Virus record (IMG/VR): IMGVR_UViG_3300027791_000009
Coordinates: 1-64,000 of that record
DNA: 64,000 nucleotides
Direction: 5' to 3' (one strand)
Origin: a virus
Below, in pieces: positions 8,171 through 17,834 of this stretch; the stretch's first letter is position 1; every line of letters begins with the position of its first letter. The notes under the pieces were generated by a model that made no database searches, had not been told where the DNA came from, and worked only from the letters and a program-made list of their open reading frames with translations. A program made the position numbers and the translations under genes.

Positions 8171-9872
8171 GGCAGAAGAAGCAACAACAGGTAATCTATT
8201 ACCCAACGCAGGTGATGGACAATCTAGTTTTCAGAATACACAAGACTCTCACACACCTGATAAGGTAGGTAGTGGTTCAGGTTTTACCATTGATAGTGGT
8301 ATACAAGCATTTCAAAACGAACTAGAAGCAAAAGGAACTGGTAATGTTACCGCTAATGGTTCACTAGTCGGTATAACTACAGAAAAAGAAAACGGTGGTC
8401 AGTTTAATATAACTGCTGATAGTTTAGATGGTGGTGTATCACTTAATTCACTTACCGAAGTACAGAATTGCGAATGGTTAGGTTCTACTAGTCGTTGTGG
8501 TTCAGCAACTGCTGGGGCAGATAGTTATAAAACAATATTAAAAATACTAGACGACAACAACAATGTCCTTGCGACTACCTCTATAACTAGAAATAATGAC
8601 GCCGGTTACGGGGTTAACTCATATACATATAGCGATACAATTGCTCACAACGGAACAGGTGCAAGAAAGTGGGATTGGCAATGGCAAGGTATAGATGGTA
8701 ACAATACTAGTGCAACTGCTTCAGTAGGACCTAACTTATTAGGTGCAAGTCTAACTGCTACTCTAGCAGATATAAATTTTCAACAACTAACAGAAGAACA
8801 ATCAACTAACATATCATCAGCGAATACGCAGATAGAAGAATCACAAACAGCATTGACAGAAGTATTTAAAGATGTACAACAATTTAAACCTGAAGTTAAT
8901 ATAGAAATTGCACCTAGAATAGAAAGACAAGAAGTTAAGATAGAAGAATTTAAAGCACCTGCTATAGAAATGAAGAAACTAGAAACTATGGTAATTGAAC
9001 AATTTAAACAGATAATCGTAAAGGAAAATTTAGTACAAGAATTTAATACTGCTCTCGTTGAAGAGAATATAACAGAAGAACAATTTTTTGAAGAAGTAGG
9101 TAATATGATGAAGGAAGAACTCAATGTTGTTCCGGAACCTAAAGTAAAAGAACCTAAAATGGAGGAAAATAATGTTGTAGCAAAGAAGTCTAATTTAGAA
9201 GAAGAGACTATCAAAGAGGAACCTAAAGTAAAAGGTGAACCTAAAGTAGAAAACGAACCTAAAAAAGAGGAATCAAATGCAAGTAATTCAACTGAACCAA
9301 AACCCGAAACTACTAAAGAAAATGAGACAAGTAGTGAGAATGAACCTGAGGAGAGTGAAAACACAGAAGAGAAGTCAAATGAATCTTCTATGGATGAAGA
9401 TACGGAAACAGAAGGAGAGGAGACGAAGAAGACTAATGAAGAAAAATTGGATGCAGATGAGACTGGAACAACAAAGGAAACAGATGTTGATAGCGGAGAT
9501 GAGAAATCTATTGCAAGCAGCATAAGTGCTAAAGTAGAAAAGATTATTAAGAAATTAGAGAATACATTGATGACGGTAGACCAGAAAGTAAAAGCAGTAC
9601 AATTTATAACACTAAGGGCAATGAGCGATGAAGCTCCTGATATGTCTTCATATAAAAATCAGTCCTTTTACTCTTCTACACAACTTCCTGATGGCAATGT
9701 AGATTTCTTTAATCAACTAAATATAGAGCAAACACAAATATATACAGGTGTTACCTTAGCAAAATATACTGATAACGATCCGTTGACTAGTCAGCGTGTA
9801 GAGTTAGACAGAATTAAGACTGAGGAAACCAGATTACAGATTGAATTAAAACAATTAAGGGAACAACTATGA
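8103..9872 (+). CDS. secreted protein: beta-rich N-domain, acidic linker, C-terminal coiled coil
   Basis: Signal peptide ending IKA; E/K-rich low-complexity middle. Confidence 0.8.
   Translation: MRGLNLINLLTTLILIISVNEIKAEEATTGNLLPNAGDGQSSFQNTQDSHTPDKVGSGSGFTIDSGIQAFQNELEAKGTGNVTANGSLVGITTEKENGGQFNITADSLDGGVSLNSLTEVQNCEWLGSTSRCGSATAGADSYKTILKILDDNNNVLATTSITRNNDAGYGVNSYTYSDTIAHNGTGARKWDWQWQGIDGNNTSATASVGPNLLGASLTATLADINFQQLTEEQSTNISSANTQIEESQTALTEVFKDVQQFKPEVNIEIAPRIERQEVKIEEFKAPAIEMKKLETMVIEQFKQIIVKENLVQEFNTALVEENITEEQFFEEVGNMMKEELNVVPEPKVKEPKMEENNVVAKKSNLEEETIKEEPKVKGEPKVENEPKKEESNASNSTEPKPETTKENETSSENEPEESENTEEKSNESSMDEDTETEGEETKKTNEEKLDADETGTTKETDVDSGDEKSIASSISAKVEKIIKKLENTLMTVDQKVKAVQFITLRAMSDEAPDMSSYKNQSFYSSTQLPDGNVDFFNQLNIEQTQIYTGVTLAKYTDNDPLTSQRVELDRIKTEETRLQIELKQLREQL
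9135..9264 (+). repeat. coding repeats GAACCTAAA(GTAAAAG) encoding EPK(VK)
   Basis: GAACCTAAAGTAAAAG at 9135 and 9219; partial copies at 9150, 9237, 9255. Confidence 0.7.
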
Positions 9873-10201
9873 TAAAACAATTAAAAGATAACTTGGCAAG
9901 TGTGGCAGCTTTAATCGCAGCCGTAGTTGCTATTGGTGGTGGATTCGTTAAATACGGAGAGTTGACTACTAAAATGAACGCAATGGAAGAAAGAAAAGGT
10001 GTTAACATTGCACCTCTACAAGAAACTATTAAATCATTACAAATTAAAATTACGGAATTAGAAGGTAAAATACCTGCTGATATTTCTGGTAGTGTACAAA
10101 AGAACAAGACAGCAATTAAAATAAACGAAAAAGAAGTCGAAGTCTTAAAACTACAGATACAAGAACTTAAATTAAAAGCAAAAAATCCGCTAGCGGGTTA
10201 A
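9869..10201 (+). CDS. N-terminal TM plus coiled-coil protein
   Basis: LASVAALIAAVVAIGGGF TM; C-terminal NPLAG. Confidence 0.75.
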   Translation: MIKQLKDNLASVAALIAAVVAIGGGFVKYGELTTKMNAMEERKGVNIAPLQETIKSLQIKITELEGKIPADISGSVQKNKTAIKINEKEVEVLKLQIQELKLKAKNPLAG

Positions 10202-10224
10202 TTGACTTTGGGAGAATAATCGCT

Positions 10225-10710
10225 ATGTCTACAACAACAGGTCACGGTAACGGTGAAACTAGGGCAACTCTAGCTTCACTATCAAAAGAAGTGTACGATA
10301 ACCGTACAAGTATAGAGGTGTTGAAGTCCGAACTTCAGCAAAGTAATCAAGTGCATAAAAGACTAGACACAGCGATTGACAAGTTAACTGGTATCAGTAG
10401 TGGTATTAAGCAGATGTTAGCCGTACACGAAGAGAAATTAAATCAAGCAGAAAAACTAGATGAAATTATCTTTTCAAAGTTAAAAGACAGACAAGAAGAT
10501 ACTGAAAGTAGATATAGACAATTAAAAGATAATATAGATATGACTGAAAAGCGTATTATGAATGAAATACGAAGTATTAAGAACTCTCTAGGAGAAAAGG
10601 TAAATATGCTAGAGAAGTGGAAGTACTTAATTATTGGTGGTTCTATAGTAATCGGTTTTATTTTAGCAAGAAACTTCCCATTAGTCGTGGAGTTAATGAA
10701 AGTCACATAG
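10225..10710 (+). CDS. coiled-coil protein with C-terminal TM (holin/XhlA-like candidate)
   Basis: LAVHEEKL motif; LEKWKYLIIGGSIVIGFIL tail. Confidence 0.65.
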   Translation: MSTTTGHGNGETRATLASLSKEVYDNRTSIEVLKSELQQSNQVHKRLDTAIDKLTGISSGIKQMLAVHEEKLNQAEKLDEIIFSKLKDRQEDTESRYRQLKDNIDMTEKRIMNEIRSIKNSLGEKVNMLEKWKYLIIGGSIVIGFILARNFPLVVELMKVT

Positions 10711-10714
10711 GTGC

Positions 10715-10743
10715 TTGACAAATAGCGTAAGATATAGTATAGT
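10715..10743 (+). promoter_or_regulatory. sigma70-type promoter
   Basis: TTGACA-N17-TATAGT. Confidence 0.75.
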
Positions 10744-10777
10744 GTGTACTATATCAATTAAAGATAAGAAGTGCTAA

Positions 10778-11788
10778 ATGTCAAGTTATACAGATTTAAA
10801 ATTTATACAAGAAATATCGACCCGGCTAGCTCATTTTAAGAAAAAAGGTGACTATCTATTTAACTTTAGATGTCCTCATTGTGGTGATAGTCAAAAGTCG
10901 AAACTAAAGTCCAGAGGTTATTTCTACCGTAAGAAAAACGATATGTTTTTCAAATGCCACAATTGTGGTATGGGTCAGAACCTCGCAAACTTTCTAAAAC
11001 AGATAGACCCAAAAATCTATGAAAATTATCTATTAGAAAGATACAAGTCGGACGCACCTGCAACACCAAAACCAGAGTTTAAGTTTGATTTTAAACCGAA
11101 GATAAAGTTAGAGAACGACTATATATCTCTACTCACTTCAATATCAGATTTAGAAGACGAGCATCCAGTACGAAAGTATGTGGATAATAGAATGATACCT
11201 GAAAAGTATTTTGATAAACTTTTCTTATGTCATAAGTTTTATGAGTGGGCACACAAAATCTCACCTCGTAAATACAATACAAGTAAGTACGACCATCCAA
11301 GACTAGTGATACCGTTCTATGATACAGACGGTAAAGTATTCGCCTATCAAGGTAGAGCCTTTGGTAATGAGACACCAAAGTATGTAACCATTAAGTTAGA
11401 CGAAGACAAAGACAAGATATACGGATTAGAAAGAGTAAACTTTGCACAACACATTTATGTTGTAGAAGGTCCTATTGATAGTTTGTTTATCGACAATTGT
11501 ATCGCAGCTGGTGGCGCTGATTTGACACTAGATAGTAAATATAATCCTGAACAGGTGACATATATATTTGATAACGAACCGAGAAATAAAGAAATAGTAA
11601 AGCGAATGGAGAAGATAATTGAATTAGGTTACAACATTTTTATTTGGCCAGAAGATATACAACTCAAAGATGTTAATGACTTAATTAAGACAGGTGTATC
11701 TAAAGTACAACTACAAGAGATTATAAGTATCAACACATATTCAAAATTATCAGCACAACAAGTTTTAACAAATTATAGAAAAGCATAG
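10778..11788 (+). CDS. 61: DNA primase (T4 gp61)
   Basis: Zn ribbon CPHCGDS...CHNC; TOPRIM VEGPIDS, DNEPRN, KDVND. Confidence 0.95.
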   Translation: MSSYTDLKFIQEISTRLAHFKKKGDYLFNFRCPHCGDSQKSKLKSRGYFYRKKNDMFFKCHNCGMGQNLANFLKQIDPKIYENYLLERYKSDAPATPKPEFKFDFKPKIKLENDYISLLTSISDLEDEHPVRKYVDNRMIPEKYFDKLFLCHKFYEWAHKISPRKYNTSKYDHPRLVIPFYDTDGKVFAYQGRAFGNETPKYVTIKLDEDKDKIYGLERVNFAQHIYVVEGPIDSLFIDNCIAAGGADLTLDSKYNPEQVTYIFDNEPRNKEIVKRMEKIIELGYNIFIWPEDIQLKDVNDLIKTGVSKVQLQEIISINTYSKLSAQQVLTNYRKA

Positions 11789-11803
11789 GAGTAGGAGAGA
11801 TAG

Positions 11804-14170
11804 ATGACTGAAAAAGATATTAATGTTATAAAAAGAAATGGCCGTGGACAAGAGCCATTGAATATTGACAAGATACACGATATGGTAGAATACGCTTGTG
11901 AAGATATAAAAGGTGTATCATCAAGTCAAGTTGAAATGAATAGTGGGTTACAATTTTATGATAATATTCCTACAGACCAAATACAACAGATTTTAATTAG
12001 GTCAGCTTCAGACTTAATATCATTAGAGAATCCAAACTATCAATATGTTGCAAGTAGACTTCTTCTTTATAGTCTAAGAAAAAGTATTAATGGTAAACTA
12101 TGGGACCATCCTCATCTATTTGCTCACACAAAGAAGTGTGTAGATTTAGGTGTCTATGACGCAGACATTTTAAATCAATATGATGAAGGCGACTTTGATA
12201 GAATGAATACTATGATTGACCACGATAGAGACTATAGCTTTACCTATGCAGGTTTAAGACAAGTTATGGACAAGTATCTTGTACAAGACAGAAGTAGTGG
12301 TGCAATCTATGAGACACCACAATTTATGTATATGATGATTGCGGCTACAATCTTTGCAAAGTATCCTAGTAATAAAAGAATGTCATATATCAAAAAGTAT
12401 TATAATGCTATCTCACAATTTAAGATAAACATTCCTACGCCTGTTATGGCGGGTGTTAGAACCCCTATGAAACAATATGCTTCATGTGTACTAGTAGATG
12501 TCGCAGATAGTCTTCCTAGTATCTTTAGCAGTGACACAGCGATTGGTTACTACACAGCACAGAGAGCAGGTATTGGTATCAACATGGGTCGTATTAGAGG
12601 TATCAATAGTAGAATTAGAGGTGGTGAAGTTGCACATACAGGTGTTGTTCCTTTCTTAAAGAAGTTTGAAGCAACCGTAAAATCTTGTACACAAAATGGT
12701 GTAAGAGGTGGTTGTGCTACGGTACACTTTCCTATCTGGCATAAAGAGATAGAAGATATTATTGTTTTAAAGAACAACAAAGGTAGTGAAGATAACAGAG
12801 TTAGAAAATTAGATTACTCAATTCAATTATCAAAACTATTTTACGAGAGATTTATTAATAACGAAGACATGACATTATTCTCTCCACATGAAACACCAGG
12901 TCTTTATGACGCTTTCGGTACACCAGAGTTTGATGAGTTGTACAAGAAGTTTGAGAAAGACACAAAGATTTATAGAAAGAAAGTAAGTACACAAAAGATG
13001 TTTATGGACTTACTAAAAGAAAGAGCAGAAACTGGTCGTATATACATTATGAATATTGACCATGCTAATTCTCACTCTTCTTTTAAAGACAAAGTTAATA
13101 TGTCTAACCTATGCCAAGAAATTACACTACCTACAGACCCTATCGAACATATAGATGGTGATGGTGAGATTGCGTTATGTATTTTAAGTGCAATCAATGT
13201 TGGACTATTAAAGAATTTAGATGAGTTAGAAAGTTTATGTGACTTATCAGTAAGAGCATTAGAAGAGATTATAGACCATCAGAAGTATCCAGTAAGAGCT
13301 GCTGAAATCTCTACAAAGGCACGAAGAAGTTTAGGTATTGGTTATATCGGACTTGCACATTATCTAGCGAAGAAAGGTTTTAATTATGACCAAAAGATGG
13401 CGTGGAAAGAAGTTGATAAACTAACCGAGGCATTCCAATACTACCTATTAAAGTCAAGTAATGAAATCGCAAAAGAAAAAACGAAGTGTGATTACTTTGA
13501 CAAAACAAAATATTCAGATGGTATCTTACCTATTGACACTTATAAGAAAGAAGTTGATGAGATTGTAAATCGTAAACTCAGCTTTGATTGGGAAGCGTTA
13601 AGAAAAGATATTATGCAATATGGGTTGAGACATAGCACTCTCTCTGCTCAAATGCCTTCTGAATCCTCTAGTGTGGTATCTAATGCTACAAACGGTATTG
13701 AACCACCTAGAGATTATCTATCTGTTAAGAAGAGTAAGAAAGGTACATTGAAACAAGTTGTACCAGACTATGTAAGATTAAAGAACAATTACACTCTCTT
13801 ATGGGATATGAAGAGTAATGAAGGTTATATAAATATCGTTGCAGTAATGCAAAAGTATTTTGACCAAGGTATATCAGGCAACTGGTCATACAATCCAGAA
13901 AATTATGAAGACAATCAAGTACCGTTATCAGTAATGGCACGAGACTTGTTGACTACATATAAACTAGGATGGAAGACATCTTACTATCAAAACACATATG
14001 ACGGTAAGAAAGAAGATGAACCTATGCACCCTATGACTTATGATGAACAAATCGTAGGTAGTGTTAATCTTCAACCAGACCAAAAGAAGAACATACTAGC
14101 AGACACGCAAACAGAAGTTTCACTTCCTGTCGCAGAAGATGACGGTGAATGTGAGGCTTGTAATATTTAA
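11804..14170 (+). CDS. nrdA: ribonucleotide reductase class Ia alpha subunit
   Basis: ATP cone (VIKRNG), PTPVMAG, SCVL, SNLCQEI, KTSYY, C-terminal CEAC. Confidence 0.97.
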   Translation: MTEKDINVIKRNGRGQEPLNIDKIHDMVEYACEDIKGVSSSQVEMNSGLQFYDNIPTDQIQQILIRSASDLISLENPNYQYVASRLLLYSLRKSINGKLWDHPHLFAHTKKCVDLGVYDADILNQYDEGDFDRMNTMIDHDRDYSFTYAGLRQVMDKYLVQDRSSGAIYETPQFMYMMIAATIFAKYPSNKRMSYIKKYYNAISQFKINIPTPVMAGVRTPMKQYASCVLVDVADSLPSIFSSDTAIGYYTAQRAGIGINMGRIRGINSRIRGGEVAHTGVVPFLKKFEATVKSCTQNGVRGGCATVHFPIWHKEIEDIIVLKNNKGSEDNRVRKLDYSIQLSKLFYERFINNEDMTLFSPHETPGLYDAFGTPEFDELYKKFEKDTKIYRKKVSTQKMFMDLLKERAETGRIYIMNIDHANSHSSFKDKVNMSNLCQEITLPTDPIEHIDGDGEIALCILSAINVGLLKNLDELESLCDLSVRALEEIIDHQKYPVRAAEISTKARRSLGIGYIGLAHYLAKKGFNYDQKMAWKEVDKLTEAFQYYLLKSSNEIAKEKTKCDYFDKTKYSDGILPIDTYKKEVDEIVNRKLSFDWEALRKDIMQYGLRHSTLSAQMPSESSSVVSNATNGIEPPRDYLSVKKSKKGTLKQVVPDYVRLKNNYTLLWDMKSNEGYINIVAVMQKYFDQGISGNWSYNPENYEDNQVPLSVMARDLLTTYKLGWKTSYYQNTYDGKKEDEPMHPMTYDEQIVGSVNLQPDQKKNILADTQTEVSLPVAEDDGECEACNI

Positions 14171-14191
14171 ATAGAATAAGAGGAACTAAAA

Positions 14192-15295
14192 TTGAGCAAT
14201 ACGGTATTCAATAAAGGAAAAGCAATAGACTACACTAAACAACCTATGTTTTTTGGTGAGGAACTACAGGTACAAAGATACGATAATATGAAGTATCCTA
14301 TCTTTGATAAGTTAACACAACAACAATTAGGTTTCTTCTGGAGACCAGAAGAAGTATCTTTACAGAAAGACAGGTCTGATTGGTCAGCATTAAGACCAGA
14401 GCAGAAGTTTATCTTTACATCTAATCTAAAATATCAAACTATGTTAGATAGTGTACAAGGTAGAGGTCCGTGTCTTGCATTTTTACCTTTCGTTTCTTTA
14501 CCAGAACTAGAAGGTTGTATCGTAACCTGGGACTTTATGGAGACAATACATAGTAGAAGTTATACATACATTATTAAGAACTTGTATCCAGACCCAGCAG
14601 AAATATTTGATACTATTATAACAGATGAGAAGATTGAAAATAGAAGTAAGTCAGTAACCAAAGCGTATGATGAATTCATACAAACAGGTATGAGACATCA
14701 ATTAGGTAACAAAGTTGATGAATATGACTTAAAAGAAAAACTATGGAGAACACTTGTAACCGTAAACATATTAGAAGGTTTAAGATTTTATGTTTCATTT
14801 GCTTGTAGTTTTGCATTTGGCGAATTGAAACTTATGGAAGGTAGTGCAAAGATTATCTCTTTTATTGCAAGAGACGAATCACAACACCTTGCTGTTTCAC
14901 AAAGAATTATTAATAACTATCGTGGTCCTGAAAACGATAAAGTTATGAATAAGGTTATGAAGAACAATGAAAAGTATGTTGAACAGATGTACAAAGACGC
15001 AGTAGAAGAAGAGAAGCGTTGGGCAACATATCTATTCTCAAAAGGTTCAATGGTTGGACTTTCTGAAAAACTATTACACAATTATGTGGAATGGACAGCA
15101 AACAAAAGAATGAAAGCAATTGGTATCAAACCAATCTATGAACAAGGTAATGCTAATCCTTTACCATGGACTGAACATTGGTTTAACAGCAGAAGTTTAC
15201 AAAATGCACCACAAGAGACAGAGATTGAATCTTATGTAATCGGTGGTCTTAAACAAGATGTTGAGAAAGACCAATTTAAGAAGTTTAAATTATAA
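14192..15295 (+). CDS. nrdB: ribonucleotide reductase class Ia beta subunit
   Basis: FWRPEEV, ETIHSRSY, LEGLRFY, RDESQH, APQETEIESY. Confidence 0.97.
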   Translation: MSNTVFNKGKAIDYTKQPMFFGEELQVQRYDNMKYPIFDKLTQQQLGFFWRPEEVSLQKDRSDWSALRPEQKFIFTSNLKYQTMLDSVQGRGPCLAFLPFVSLPELEGCIVTWDFMETIHSRSYTYIIKNLYPDPAEIFDTIITDEKIENRSKSVTKAYDEFIQTGMRHQLGNKVDEYDLKEKLWRTLVTVNILEGLRFYVSFACSFAFGELKLMEGSAKIISFIARDESQHLAVSQRIINNYRGPENDKVMNKVMKNNEKYVEQMYKDAVEEEKRWATYLFSKGSMVGLSEKLLHNYVEWTANKRMKAIGIKPIYEQGNANPLPWTEHWFNSRSLQNAPQETEIESYVIGGLKQDVEKDQFKKFKL

Positions 15296-15465
15296 TGGAA
15301 AAAGCAAAATACGAGTGTGAACATTGCGAAGAAGAATTTACAATATCGTGGCCTAAAGACGATATTGAACCTATAAGTTGTCCATTTTGTGGCGGCTCAA
15401 TTAACGATCCAGAAGAAGATGTTTTAACAGAGGATACTTCAGATGACGAAGATAATTGGAATTGA
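15295..15465 (+). CDS. small zinc-ribbon protein (56 aa, not in track)
   Basis: MEKAKYECEHC...CPFCG, acidic tail; TAATG coupling to nrdB. Confidence 0.75.
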   Translation: MEKAKYECEHCEEEFTISWPKDDIEPISCPFCGGSINDPEEDVLTEDTSDDEDNWN

Positions 15466-16021
15466 TTACTCACTAACTTGCCCTGCCGTATGTGTCGTAG
15501 ATGGTGCACCAGTACAAGAAGACCCATTACAGAATTGTAAGTTTTACTACTTAACAACCGTTAAGAAATACGAAGGTGTATTTTTAGATGGTAAGATAGT
15601 CGGACATCTTATGCCTGAATGGAAACACGCACAAGAACGACACGATAAAATTAGTGAATGGGTGTTTAATACTTGTGTTGGTCACACAATTAATCCTCTT
15701 GTGTTTATAGAAGATTACTCTTTTGGTAGTAAAGGAAGAGTATTCAACCTAGCAGAGAATTGCGGTCTATTGAAACATAAGTTGTATAAGAAAAATATTG
15801 AGTTTCGTACCGTAGTACCTAGCGTAGTAAAGAAACTTGCCACAGGTAAAGGTAATGCAGACAAAGAGAAAATGTACGATAAGTTTTACGAGGAAACAGG
15901 TGTAAATCTTATGGAACATTTAGACCAACAAACTCTCAAAAATCCTGTTACCGACATAGTAGATAGTTATTATATAGTAAGGGGTGGCTATGACCAGTAT
16001 ATGGACGAAAATCAGAAATAA
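15443..16021 (+). CDS. RuvC-like (RNase H fold) resolvase/nuclease
   Basis: IIGIDYS, FIEDY, KK.ATGKGNADK, DIVDSY. Confidence 0.8.
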   Translation: MTKIIGIDYSLTCPAVCVVDGAPVQEDPLQNCKFYYLTTVKKYEGVFLDGKIVGHLMPEWKHAQERHDKISEWVFNTCVGHTINPLVFIEDYSFGSKGRVFNLAENCGLLKHKLYKKNIEFRTVVPSVVKKLATGKGNADKEKMYDKFYEETGVNLMEHLDQQTLKNPVTDIVDSYYIVRGGYDQYMDENQK

Positions 16022-16235
16022 AGAACGATGGATAGGACTTGCAATCGCAGTTTCTTCCGTATTCATCTTATCAGAAGCAAATGTAGATACACAATGGATG
16101 GGCTGGGCCTTGTCAATTGTAGCGTGTATAATGTGGATATATTGGGGATATAAAGATAAAGATTACCCTAGAGCCTTGATGGAATTGATGTATTTACTAC
16201 TATCAATGAGAGCAATGTACAACTGGCTTGTCTAA
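15990..16235 (+). CDS. small 3-TM membrane protein (PnuC/SemiSWEET half-like)
   Basis: Three hydrophobic helices, Trp-rich. Confidence 0.65.
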   Translation: MTSIWTKIRNKERWIGLAIAVSSVFILSEANVDTQWMGWALSIVACIMWIYWGYKDKDYPRALMELMYLLLSMRAMYNWLV

Positions 16236-16284
16236 AAGTCAGTAAAATCAACAAAAAAAACTTCAAAAATAACCAAAATAACGC

Positions 16285-16313
16285 TTGACATAGCTATTTT
16301 AGTATGGTATAAT
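16285..16313 (+). promoter_or_regulatory. sigma70-type promoter
   Basis: TTGACA-N17-TATAAT, consensus. Confidence 0.85.
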
Positions 16314-16319
16314 GTATAT

Positions 16320-16562
16320 ATGATGAAAAATTTAAAAATACAAAACATACTTAAATGGTTAGGAACCTTCATTTTGATACTTGGAACAGGTATTAACTCA
16401 CTTGGAATATACCCATTAGGCCCTCTAGTGATGGTGCTAGGAGGGTTAATCTGGTGTATCGTAGGTATCATGTGGAAAGAATACTCCATTATAATCACAA
16501 ATTTGACACTTTCTATCGTTTCAATCGTTGGAATATGTTATAAATTAGGGTATTTATTTTAA
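16320..16562 (+). CDS. small 3-TM membrane protein
   Basis: KW...IYPL...G.IW.IVGIMW motif shared with 33233-33553. Confidence 0.7.
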   Translation: MMKNLKIQNILKWLGTFILILGTGINSLGIYPLGPLVMVLGGLIWCIVGIMWKEYSIIITNLTLSIVSIVGICYKLGYLF

Positions 16563-16581
16563 TAATATGCTCGTTTTTTGC

Positions 16582-16610
16582 TTGACAATGATTGCGAAAT
16601 GATGTATTAT
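16582..16610 (+). promoter_or_regulatory. sigma70-type promoter with extended upstream box
   Basis: GCTCGTTTTTTGC-TTGACA-N17-TATTAT. Confidence 0.8.
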
Positions 16611-16659
16611 ACTAGTATGAATAAGACAAAAGAACAATATAACAAAGGAGACACACACT

Positions 16660-16848
16660 ATGAGTAAAGTAATGAACTACTATTGGGACGAAGCTGAAAA
16701 AGCAGTTGATAAGATTATTGAGAAATTGAAAGATGGTCAGATTGACTATGATACTTGCAAGTCTCAAATCTTAAAGACAGACAATATTAACCTGTGTTCA
16801 ATTGATGAATACAATGTTGATGATGTAATAACATCGGAGAGTGCTTAA
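16660..16848 (+). CDS. early hypothetical protein
   Basis: RBS AAGGAG, first gene after the promoter. Confidence 0.7.
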   Translation: MSKVMNYYWDEAEKAVDKIIEKLKDGQIDYDTCKSQILKTDNINLCSIDEYNVDDVITSESA

Positions 16849-17201
16849 TGACAGAATTATCAAATAAAGCATTGTCTGATATTGACAAATATAATAAGTT
16901 GAGAGACGAGGAGTTAATCGCACAAAACAACAATAAAAAGGACAACATAATGAAACACACAACAAAATTTAAAATCACTAATACTAAAAATGTACAAGTA
17001 GAAATACTTCCGTCATATACTCCGAAGTATACAGAAAAACATACTATCAAGTCACATAATAAAAATAGATATTTTGTTGGCGGTACAAAACCAACTACTA
17101 GAATATCTAATGTTTATCATAACGCATATGCAAATTACAAAACCAACGATATTGTAAATCACATTACAAAATACAAAAAAATTGAAAAGGAGGCTGCATA
17201 A
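16848..17201 (+). CDS. early hypothetical protein
   Basis: Coupled ORF; possible internal start at MKHTT with RBS AAGGA. Confidence 0.6.
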   Translation: MTELSNKALSDIDKYNKLRDEELIAQNNNKKDNIMKHTTKFKITNTKNVQVEILPSYTPKYTEKHTIKSHNKNRYFVGGTKPTTRISNVYHNAYANYKTNDIVNHITKYKKIEKEAA

Positions 17202-17202
17202 T

Positions 17203-17328
17203 ATGAAAAAAAGAAATAAGTTTGAGAGAAAACTAGACGAATACAATCACACTATGGAATTTATTAGAACTATAGTGCCACTTGCAATTTTAGTTTTACA
17301 AGTAGTAATCTTAGTGAGATTGACTTAA
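17203..17328 (+). CDS. small protein with C-terminal TM (41 aa, not in track)
   Basis: MKKRNKFERKLDEYNHTMEFIRTIVPLAILVLQVVILVRLT; RBS AAGGAGG. Confidence 0.7.
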   Translation: MKKRNKFERKLDEYNHTMEFIRTIVPLAILVLQVVILVRLT

Positions 17329-17411
17329 TGACTAGCTTAAATTTTTATTGCTTAGTCATGGTTTTATTTTTAATAATAACATCAACAATAACAATATAAC
17401 AAGGGGAATAA

Positions 17412-17834
17412 ATGACAAAAGGTTCTAGTTTAAATTTAGTTTACGGTATTGAATACTATGATGAAGACGATATGGAGTACTTCTATATCTTTAACACTAT
17501 CTTTAGAAATGTTCCTTTAAGTCAGTTGAATAGACTAAACAATAAAGAATTTAAGAAAAGAATTAAAACCTATTGCGACAAGCACTATATAGAAAGTGCT
17601 GTAAATGCTACAGGTAGTACGATAGTTGAAATGATACACGGCGACAAGTATTATGAAACTTACGAAGATGTATTTGGTGATGTTTCCGAGTTTGATAACT
17701 CTCTATTTAACGATTACGGTCAATTATGGAATGGTAGACAATTTTTCAAATATGATTTTGCACCAGAGTTGACAAAACAATATGAACATAAACACTTAAA
17801 CAAAAAATATGGAGGATACAAATATGATAATTAA
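17412..17834 (+). CDS. early hypothetical protein
   Basis: ORF with RBS AAGGGG. Confidence 0.7.
   Translation: MTKGSSLNLVYGIEYYDEDDMEYFYIFNTIFRNVPLSQLNRLNNKEFKKRIKTYCDKHYIESAVNATGSTIVEMIHGDKYYETYEDVFGDVSEFDNSLFNDYGQLWNGRQFFKYDFAPELTKQYEHKHLNKKYGGYKYDN

Noticed and set aside
9135-9264. DNA repeats as a CRISPR-like or mobile-element feature
   Set aside because: In-frame low-complexity EPK peptide repeats with irregular spacing
5600-10710. Curli CsgF/CsgG genes expected from related phages
   Set aside because: No recognisable CsgG or CsgF sequence in this window; they may lie elsewhere in the genome
11804-15295. Possible introns, inteins or homing endonucleases in nrdA/nrdB
   Set aside because: Both frames are continuous and of normal length; no intein or endonuclease motifs seen
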